In this document: piece by piece, positions 44,317 through 51,825 of the stretch
Layout of the letters: each line of letters begins with the position of its first letter
Position numbering within the stretch: position 1 is the stretch's first letter
DNA from: a virus
Taxonomy: Duplodnaviria > Caudoviricetes
Virus record (IMG/VR): IMGVR_UViG_3300043161_000008
Span: 1 to 51,825 of that record
Reading direction: 5' to 3' (one strand)
Length of the DNA: 51,825 nucleotides
Made by a program: the position numbers and the translations under genes
Notes under the pieces: generated by a model
Seen by the model: the letters and a program-made list of their open reading frames with translations, nothing else
Told to the model about the DNA's origin: nothing
Databases searched by the model: none

Positions 44317-47300
44317 CTACCTCCTTGGTGCTTGTTGCGTACCCGTCCTCATCCCTGTCCACAAGTCCCCAAACCCTTTCGGGTGCTCATGACCGGCCAG
44401 GACGTTGATAAGATATTCCCCGAGCTTATCAGTGGACTGGGTGGTGAGGCCGGTGGTGATGGAAAGGACATCCGCTGCGGTTCGAAAGGTCTTACCAGGG
44501 TTGGTCCGGTAGTCGTAGCTCTTGGTAGTCAGAGACTTCTTCACATCCTGAGCCAACGTTCCATAAAGGCCAATCGAAGGATCATGTCCATCAATCAAAT
44601 AATTGGAAACGTCTCGAACCAGCGGAACCTGAGCCGGGTACCCACGCAGGAGTATCTTTGTAATATGTGCACCTTCACTCTCGTCCTGTTTCTTTGGTTG
44701 GCCAGAAACGAGATGCTCAATCAGCCCTACCGCTAACCCAAAAACCGCAACCCCGCCCATGATCGGAAGGATATGTTGAGGCCCCGCCTCAAACTTCTCC
44801 TCCAAGAACCCCGGCATCTCAGGAAGCTCACGGCCTTGCGTAGCGAGCTTGGCCTTCCAGGCGAGTTCGTAGTTCCGTTGAAGGGCATTAGAGAGGAAGG
44901 TGTAGAAGGGCATCAGCAGGCGAACGAATGGAGACTGGGCCCGCTGCACCGCCGAGCGGTTGGTTAGGATCGACGACCCGTGGGTTCTACGCACGGCGGT
45001 GTCCGCAGCGTAGACGAGATCACCATGCGACATATCCGGGTCTTCTTTATTCAACCGCCGGTACTCCGCATCCCACATACTCACTGCAGAGAGCAGGTCA
45101 CCGGCTCCTACAGGCGCATGGCCCCACCAGTTAACCGTATCACGAAAGTTCTCTAACTTCACCCGCGTGGCATCGAAGACCCGGTTCTTCTGGGCCTTGA
45201 AGAGTTCCTTGTTCTGAGCGACGATGGTGTCCTGGACATTGTGAAGTCTGTTCCGGATTTCCTCGCTATTGTCCATCGCAAACTTCCACCGCTCCCGCGA
45301 ACCAGGGAGTTCGTGGATCATATGGAGCATTGACGAGGCCCAATTCCCAAACCCTACCTCCCAAGAGGAGAATATCCCCGCGGTAAGCCCATGCTTCGCC
45401 ACGGTCCCTGGGTTGAACCCGATCATCATCGTGGACATATTCTGAGCGAGGGAGTTGACCCAACGATCGAGGGCCCGCATATTCACCGGTTGCCATTGGC
45501 GGTTCCCAGCAGCGTCCTTCATCCAAGCGTCGAGAGCGGAATGGTACTCGGGGCCGTAGTATTCCTTAAACGCGTTCATGAAAGACTTGTTGTAAACGAT
45601 CTTCGACACTTCCGTGATCGGTATCCTCATCGCGGCGTCGTTGAGGATTTGCTTGAGCTTAAACGCCGCGGACTCGAATGAGAGGTCGAGAGGGTACCGG
45701 GCTCCTGTGCGGGTTTTGGTGTACCCACTCGCTGGTGAGGGTTTCCAAAATCCACTATCCCCCATCATATCATCCACCGTCATCTTCGACGAGTGACGAA
45801 GCGGGTCCGCGATTAGGGGATGGTACCATTCATCGGCATCGCCCCAAGGGGTTCGGACTTTGTAGAGTTCGATCCTTGCCGGTGCGACCCCAGCAGTATG
45901 TACATACGCATGCTCGGCCAGGGTAAAGGCATCGCTGAATACCTTCCCCATCTTCTGAGCCCGCGCAAGGTCCTCAGGCCCCATCCCAGCAACGTTCTTG
46001 AGCCAGTTCCAAACCATCTGCTCGCCGGTGTCTTGATCCTTGGAGATGTTCCAGCCGTCGATGAGCTTTCTTCGCTGGAGGGGATTGCCCATGTTTTGTA
46101 GGACTGCGTAGGCGTGGCCTTTGGTCATCTCCAGGAACCGTCCATCGTCAGTGCGGAAGATGGTGTTGGTGACCGACTTGTTGAAGTCTGGAAACGGCCC
46201 AAGGTCCTTCCACTTCGCTGCGAAGTCACGGTTCAGCTGGCGAAGGTAGTTCTGTCCTTCAGTGATCGGGCGCATGATTAGTTGGTTGAAGGGGCCTTGT
46301 CGGTTCCCGAGGTCAAGCCGGTTGAGCCAAGTCTCGGTATTGAGAAGGAGGGAGCCGATCGTTCTAAACTTACTCTCCTCATGGGCACCGCTGACCGCGG
46401 GCTTGTTATCCACCGCTGCCTTCAATCGCTCTACGAGCCCAGATACCACTTTCGCTAAGTCTTCCTTATTCCCCTTCACCTCATACTTGTTCGCCTCATG
46501 CCCATAGTGATTGATTGACTTAAGGGAGTCATAGACCCCGTTGAACTCTGCAACGCTCAGCCCCTCAAGGTCCTTCCCTGGCCAGTTGGTAGAGAAGAGA
46601 TCAGGTATCACGTTAAGAGTGTGGGTAACAGGCGGGTTGTCTGGGTCAGTAGACGCCGTTCCATTGGCCTTATTCTTGGCCTCGACGTAATCCCTCAGGC
46701 TCGTATATGGCGACGACATCTCCTTCCTTCGCTCCAGGTCCTGCCGTGATGTCTGTATCCCATCCGGCCCCATCACTTGAAGAAGGATTTGATGCATCCA
46801 AACCGCATCCTCCTGCGGTACCCCAGGGGGCTCTCTTCTCCCCCACCTTGGGGCGTCGGTTTCTTGGAACCGTTTAAGAACCTTCTCATGCTTGAGGGCA
46901 AGGTTCGCATAAATCGCCGCGTTGGTTTGCTCCTGCTTCGCCTTAAGCGCCGCGCGATAATCGCCCTTAAGCAGCGCATCCTGCACAGCCTGCCCCGCAC
47001 GCCCTGCGCTGGCCTCGAAGGCCTTGGAGGAGATAGCCCGTAATGGCGAGGCATCGAACACCTGCCTTGCTCCCTTAAGGAGATCATCCTTGGAAATAGG
47101 AAGTTCTGATCCAGCGAGTGAAGCAAGATGAACCGTCTCGTCGGCGAGGATGTCGATCTGCGATTGGGAGAAGACATGCTCCTTCGCCTCCCGTAGAATA
47201 TTCTCTTCCAGGTCCCCATACTGCCTTTGCATCTCATGCTCGGTGGCGACGGAGACGAGCTTGGAGATATGGGCTTGCGGGGTGAGCCCTTCCATCTCCC

Positions 47301-50280
47301 TCTGCTGGGTCAACTGCCCAAGCGCCTGGATCAGAGCATCGCCAGACTGGTAACCAAAAAGCCTACCCATGTCGTCAGGATTAGCCCCAGCGCTACTGTA
47401 ATAGTCAGGAGAAAGAGATCGAAGTTGTTCATCGGTCAAGGACCCTTTATCCAGCTTGAAAGTTTCCCTCGCCTTTCGGCCATCGAGGATGCCGTCTCGG
47501 AGATAGCGATCGGCTGCGATGTCAGGCCGACGGTTGATGCCCTCGCGAACTTCGGAGCGGACGCGCTTCTCGTTCTCCTTCCACTCAGCGGTTTGGTGAC
47601 GGCGTTCGTCCTCCTCAGCCTTGCTGGCGATATGAGCCTGCTCAGCCTCATGTTGCTTCTCGATCAGGCCGAGGTAGCGGCGCATGGCATCCGCGCTAAG
47701 CCCGGTAGCTCCAGGGGTTCGGAACGCGGATCGGCTCTCCATGCGGGTGACGCCGGGCAACTCGGGTTCACGCTCTTGAGCAGGGAGAGCCTCACCTCCT
47801 CGACCTTCCCTCGTTACCTTGTTCGCCTCCTCAAACGCCTCTCCAATCCGCATCATCCCATCAAGGATCGTGGGTGGTAGCCGGGCCCCAGTTAACCGCT
47901 CGATAAGGTTCGCCACAACCTGCTTTACCGCATCCCAAACCGAAGACGACTTCGCATTCAGCCCTAACCGCCCGGCGAGTTCGTTCGAGAGTGGGGTAGT
48001 GGCAAGGACCTCTTGGAATTTAGGGTTGGAGAAAGTCTCAGCGACAAACTCATCCGCGTTCTTGAAAGCGTAGTCGTGAGTCTTACGATCCTCAGGGGCC
48101 TGTTCCCTAAGCCACTTATCGGTCTCACTCATTAGGTTCCCAACCATCTCTTTAATAGCAGGGAACTCTCTCATCTCAGCGTAAGTCGCTGCGTGACCGA
48201 CTTCGTGAATAAGGATATGGGTCGCAACGTCATGGCCGAGAGCACCGCGGGCCGCATCCTCTCGCATTACGATCGCATGAGCATCGGGGTAGTAGAACCC
48301 CGGTGCATTCGGCCGAACCTTAACGGTTTTGTTAAGCTCCCGCATCAAGTTTGGCGAAGCGACCCAGACTTTAGTATCCCCAGCCAACTTATCAAGGCGG
48401 TTGTGGAAGAACTCTGCAAGGGCACGAGGGACACCGGTTAATTGCTCTTTATCAACAAGGGCCATCGCCTCTCGGGCGGGGAAGGACTTGACGGTGTGGT
48501 CGCCGCTGTCGGTTGTGAGGATAGAGTCCTCAGCGGTTTCGGGGATGAGGGACTTGGCTTCGGCTTTTGGGGCAAAGATCGGCTCTAAGCCTGCGGCGGA
48601 GCGGATGGAGGACATTGCCAAGGTGTGTGGGTCAGAGTATAATGGCTTGAGTTTCGAATTGTCTAAGGATACAACTATGCTATGTCCATTATCCTGTTTG
48701 AACCTAACACTATCATATCCTTGCTGGCGTAATTGATCAAAGTAAACACCTTGAGCTTTCTTATAGTTAGTTGCCTCTTTAAGCTCCTTCGGCAATTCAT
48801 TTAATTCAAGCGTGTTTTCGAACGTGTGTCTCATTGGCATGACACGTGGCATGCGATTTGTAGCTACTGGTTTACCATCCTCCCAACGATAACCCATGCT
48901 ATCATTTTCAATAGCGTATTGTGACGCCTCAGCGGGGTCAGTTGTAAACCAAGTACCGTTGCGTGCGTCTTTTAATTTAGTGAATGGTCTATCCTTGGAT
49001 GTGCCATGATAAAGAACTTCATCTTCTGGCTTAGGCTCTTCCACTTCCTCCGCAGCCAGCCCCTGTTCCCTCTCCTTCGCCAACTCCCCCTCAGCCTTCG
49101 TCACCCCGCCAGGCAAGGTCGCATACTCCTGAAGGAACTTCGCCTCCTCTGGGTTCTTATTCGCGAACAGGAGCCAATCCGCCAGGGGCACCTGCACGTG
49201 GCCATTATGGCGTTCCGCCAGCGCGAGTTCCTCGTTAAAGCCAGGGATATCCCCGAACTTCCCATCCCCTGGCGTGGCCGCCTCTTCACCAAGGAGGGAT
49301 CGAACCGCGTCGGCTTGGAGTTCGATGTGGCCGGGGTTGTGTTGGTTGACAAAGGCCTTAAACGACTCCGGGTCGCGCTCGATGGTGTTAGTGGCGTTCG
49401 CTGCCTGCTCTTGCTCCTTAAGCGACTTCAAGAACTCCTTGTTCTCATCTTGTCGAGCGTCGTCAATGATCTGGCTCACGCCGGGTGGTGGGACTTCCCC
49501 GGCCTTGATATAGGGCGCGGCCTTCCGGAGTTCCTCACGCATACGGAGGCCAGCGCCAAGGACCTCGGCCCCCTCAGCGGCCAAAGGCCCGAGGGTCGCC
49601 ATCGCCCCTGGATCAGAGATCGCTTGGAGGAATTGGTTCGCTTCATCCTCCCCTGACTTCCCAGTGATCGCCTCGTACTTCCGCCGGAGGTACTGGGTCC
49701 CGGCGTTGATGACGCCACCAGGGAGGCGCATACCGAGGTCGGGCAGGGCCCCCACCACACTCGCCGCGCCCAGGACCGCTGCCCAGCCGGGGTGGGCGTA
49801 GACATCTTCAAGCTTTGGCTCATCCATTCCAAATAGGCCGATGGGCTTATCAAGTGCCATGCCCTCGGCGAAGTCTTTAGCGGCGTCCTTGAGGGTGGTT
49901 ACGCCAGTGGCCTGTTGGAGGGTCTGTGATAGCTTATCCAGCTGCCCCCAATCGTCATTGGAAATCTTCGACCCGAGCGGGTGGGTTTGGATATAGTCTC
50001 GGATGTAGGGGTTGTTGTCGAGGATGTTGGAAGTCAGCGCGGCCTTATGCTGCTGCTCGAAGTTTTCCAAGTTGCCATAGACGGTAGCCGGCCCGGCCCC
50101 AGTAGCCCGAGCCAACTGAGCGGCCTTAGCAGCGTCGTCAGGGCTTGCTTCAAGGTCATTGATCGCGCCAACGGCCGCCCTTCGGCGTTGGTTCAGAACG
50201 AACGCAGCCGGTGATATCGAGAGGACGTTGTCCCCTCCGTCGTTCAGGTCGTCCTGCTCAGGGCTGTCCGGTTGTGCCAC
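44317..50280 (-). CDS. Large internal virion/ejection polyvalent protein (1987 aa) with ART-like and zincin metallopeptidase domains
   Basis: T7 gp16 position; 'LYHGT...WFTTD...A..YA...GYDSV' ART-like; 'HEVGH...DEFVAE' HExxH. Confidence 0.8.
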   Translation of the reverse strand: MAQPDSPEQDDLNDGGDNVLSISPAAFVLNQRRRAAVGAINDLEASPDDAAKAAQLARATGAGPATVYGNLENFEQQHKAALTSNILDNNPYIRDYIQTHPLGSKISNDDWGQLDKLSQTLQQATGVTTLKDAAKDFAEGMALDKPIGLFGMDEPKLEDVYAHPGWAAVLGAASVVGALPDLGMRLPGGVINAGTQYLRRKYEAITGKSGEDEANQFLQAISDPGAMATLGPLAAEGAEVLGAGLRMREELRKAAPYIKAGEVPPPGVSQIIDDARQDENKEFLKSLKEQEQAANATNTIERDPESFKAFVNQHNPGHIELQADAVRSLLGEEAATPGDGKFGDIPGFNEELALAERHNGHVQVPLADWLLFANKNPEEAKFLQEYATLPGGVTKAEGELAKEREQGLAAEEVEEPKPEDEVLYHGTSKDRPFTKLKDARNGTWFTTDPAEASQYAIENDSMGYRWEDGKPVATNRMPRVMPMRHTFENTLELNELPKELKEATNYKKAQGVYFDQLRQQGYDSVRFKQDNGHSIVVSLDNSKLKPLYSDPHTLAMSSIRSAAGLEPIFAPKAEAKSLIPETAEDSILTTDSGDHTVKSFPAREAMALVDKEQLTGVPRALAEFFHNRLDKLAGDTKVWVASPNLMRELNKTVKVRPNAPGFYYPDAHAIVMREDAARGALGHDVATHILIHEVGHAATYAEMREFPAIKEMVGNLMSETDKWLREQAPEDRKTHDYAFKNADEFVAETFSNPKFQEVLATTPLSNELAGRLGLNAKSSSVWDAVKQVVANLIERLTGARLPPTILDGMMRIGEAFEEANKVTREGRGGEALPAQEREPELPGVTRMESRSAFRTPGATGLSADAMRRYLGLIEKQHEAEQAHIASKAEEDERRHQTAEWKENEKRVRSEVREGINRRPDIAADRYLRDGILDGRKARETFKLDKGSLTDEQLRSLSPDYYSSAGANPDDMGRLFGYQSGDALIQALGQLTQQREMEGLTPQAHISKLVSVATEHEMQRQYGDLEENILREAKEHVFSQSQIDILADETVHLASLAGSELPISKDDLLKGARQVFDASPLRAISSKAFEASAGRAGQAVQDALLKGDYRAALKAKQEQTNAAIYANLALKHEKVLKRFQETDAPRWGRREPPGVPQEDAVWMHQILLQVMGPDGIQTSRQDLERRKEMSSPYTSLRDYVEAKNKANGTASTDPDNPPVTHTLNVIPDLFSTNWPGKDLEGLSVAEFNGVYDSLKSINHYGHEANKYEVKGNKEDLAKVVSGLVERLKAAVDNKPAVSGAHEESKFRTIGSLLLNTETWLNRLDLGNRQGPFNQLIMRPITEGQNYLRQLNRDFAAKWKDLGPFPDFNKSVTNTIFRTDDGRFLEMTKGHAYAVLQNMGNPLQRRKLIDGWNISKDQDTGEQMVWNWLKNVAGMGPEDLARAQKMGKVFSDAFTLAEHAYVHTAGVAPARIELYKVRTPWGDADEWYHPLIADPLRHSSKMTVDDMMGDSGFWKPSPASGYTKTRTGARYPLDLSFESAAFKLKQILNDAAMRIPITEVSKIVYNKSFMNAFKEYYGPEYHSALDAWMKDAAGNRQWQPVNMRALDRWVNSLAQNMSTMMIGFNPGTVAKHGLTAGIFSSWEVGFGNWASSMLHMIHELPGSRERWKFAMDNSEEIRNRLHNVQDTIVAQNKELFKAQKNRVFDATRVKLENFRDTVNWWGHAPVGAGDLLSAVSMWDAEYRRLNKEDPDMSHGDLVYAADTAVRRTHGSSILTNRSAVQRAQSPFVRLLMPFYTFLSNALQRNYELAWKAKLATQGRELPEMPGFLEEKFEAGPQHILPIMGGVAVFGLAVGLIEHLVSGQPKKQDESEGAHITKILLRGYPAQVPLVRDVSNYLIDGHDPSIGLYGTLAQDVKKSLTTKSYDYRTNPGKTFRTAADVLSITTGLTTQSTDKLGEYLINVLAGHEHPKGFGDLWTGMRTGTQQAPRR

Positions 50281-51825
50281 TAGACTTTGCCTTCTTGTAG
50301 AATTCGTCCCACTGCTTCCGGACTATATACATTCGGATTTCGTTATCACTTGGCTGGTAGTCAGCGCCCATATCATTCTTGAGGGCCTCGTCCATGAGCG
50401 CCCCGCGGGCCTCATTCATCACCGGTTCGGGGACCGACTTCTCAAACTCTGGTTGGTTGTTCTTCCCAAACATCCCAAGGCCAAGGAAGGTTCCTTCGTT
50501 CGTGGGATGGGTCATAAGCAAGGGCTTCGCAATCTTCTCTTCAAACTCCTGCGGCGACGGTGGACGGCCGTTGGTCTGCTGAAAGGAGTCCACCGCCTGC
50601 GCGAGGGAGCCGACATACATGTTGTAGTTCTTCACCCGATCACTAGAAGGGACCTCGCTACGCGAAGGGGCGAACCGAACGCCAAGCTCCCCAAGCTCTT
50701 GACCGTGGAGTTTGATCATCCAACTGATCGCGCGTTGGACTTGAGGATTGGCATTTTCGTTCTTCTGGATTTCCTTCCGCATCCCGATTAGGACCCCACG
50801 ATCGCCTGCGGCTAGAGGAAGGTTCTTGTCGTAGAGGTTGACATCCATGAACCCAGCGGGGTTGGATTGACGAAGGCCGTAGAGTTGGGTAAAGGTATCA
50901 GCCTGCTTATCCGCATCGTGCTTGTCCCAATGCTGCTTGAGCATCTCAGGGATTTTGTCTTGGTCTTTTGATGGAAGGGCCTTAATCGCCGCACCGATAT
51001 CAGGATCAGCGAGAAGCTCTTGAGTGGTATGGTACTTGTCAGAATGGATCGCATCATAAAGAGTAGTCGTGTTCGTCCGGTTCTGATCGGTGGTGATCGA
51101 CTTATCATAGATCGCCTTCGATCTGATCGCCGTCTTGAGATCCTTCTCAAACATCGGATCGCCGAGGGTGATGGATTTGTCCTGGGCCTTATCGTGGGCC
51201 TCAGCATCCATCTCTGATAAGGACTTCTTCGGATCAAAGATCGCAGAGGCTTGGTTCTGTGTCCCGATCGCACGGTTGTGGACGTAGATGCTATCAAGGG
51301 CGCGATCGCCGGAGGCTTGGTCTATCTCACCGGCCTTGATCGACGACTGGAGAGTGTCATAGGCCTTGATCGGGTTCACCAGCGCCTGTTGTTCGATCTG
51401 ACCTAGGCGGTTCTTACTTTGCTGCGTAAGGACGTAAGCCTGCCGTTCGTCCTCGCTCCAACCGCGAAGTCCTGCAATGGTATGAGACTCTTCTTCAATA
51501 ACTCCATTCTTATGGGCACGTTCATCTTCACTGAACGGATCAATATATGCTTTTGTAGTATTGTCAACTCTAGCTTGTGCTGTACCAACGGCATAGTCCT
51601 TAAACTGCGCACCCGCACGAGTGGAAGAGGAAAGAATAGCACGCGTTTGGAAACTTGCAGCCTCTTGATCGAAATACTTCTGCGCCATTGGAGATGAGAG
51701 CGTACCGCGCATCTCATTACGCATATCAGCAATGTTTTTTAAATGGGCTGGTAATGCATTCTTGGCCTCGATCCCTTGAAGGGAGTCGAAGTCTGCCTGC
51801 GCCTGTCCTGCTTTATTGGTGAAGT
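50258..51825 (-). CDS. Internal virion (ejection) protein, main part; starts at 422 across the junction
   Basis: Frame is open to the window end and joins 1..422 through the overlap. Confidence 0.75.
   Translation of the reverse strand, partial: FTNKAGQAQADFDSLQGIEAKNALPAHLKNIADMRNEMRGTLSSPMAQKYFDQEAASFQTRAILSSSTRAGAQFKDYAVGTAQARVDNTTKAYIDPFSEDERAHKNGVIEEESHTIAGLRGWSEDERQAYVLTQQSKNRLGQIEQQALVNPIKAYDTLQSSIKAGEIDQASGDRALDSIYVHNRAIGTQNQASAIFDPKKSLSEMDAEAHDKAQDKSITLGDPMFEKDLKTAIRSKAIYDKSITTDQNRTNTTTLYDAIHSDKYHTTQELLADPDIGAAIKALPSKDQDKIPEMLKQHWDKHDADKQADTFTQLYGLRQSNPAGFMDVNLYDKNLPLAAGDRGVLIGMRKEIQKNENANPQVQRAISWMIKLHGQELGELGVRFAPSRSEVPSSDRVKNYNMYVGSLAQAVDSFQQTNGRPPSPQEFEEKIAKPLLMTHPTNEGTFLGLGMFGKNNQPEFEKSVPEPVMNEARGALMDEALKNDMGADYQPSDNEIRMYIVRKQWDEFYKKAKSSGTTGQP
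51624..51825. repeat. Terminal direct overlap, copy 2
   Basis: Matches 1-202 with one mismatch. Confidence 0.95.

Overview
The window looks like a complete, circularly permuted dsDNA podophage genome of about 51.6 kb. Bases 1-202 recur at 51624-51825 with one mismatch, and one gene runs across that junction. The minus strand carries a BPP-1/T7-like morphogenesis arm: GIY-YIG nuclease, TerS/TerL, portal, scaffold, major capsid, cement, tail tubular A/B, ejection proteins including a 1987-aa polyvalent protein, a GH108 lysin and a holin candidate. The plus strand (23.4-42 kb) carries many small early ORFs and a replication module: SF1 helicase, Cas4-like nuclease, Sak4-like ATPase, SSB-like protein, HNH, a split UDG-PolA and a P-loop helicase. 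I saw no RNA polymerase, integrase, tRNA or CRISPR array. The host is probably an alphaproteobacterium (Hyphomicrobiales-type OMP signal 'AADLPLKA'). The best candidate for a novel system lies between the capsid and tail genes (6.9-15.2 kb). Five fibre/spike-like proteins there carry Sec signal peptides and even numbers of cysteines, four resemble signal-less partners in the same cluster, and the cluster contains an O-antigen-ligase/O-oligosaccharyltransferase-like membrane enzyme. This suggests periplasmic folding and possibly glycosylation of phage fibre proteins. Other oddities are a Tat-like signal on the Cas4-like nuclease, a shared C-terminal VKRR-x-IP tail on unrelated early proteins, a PolA split around an amber-interrupted ORF, and an iteron-bearing inverted repeat around T24 where GC skew appears to flip. 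All family assignments come from motif recognition by eye; no searches were run.
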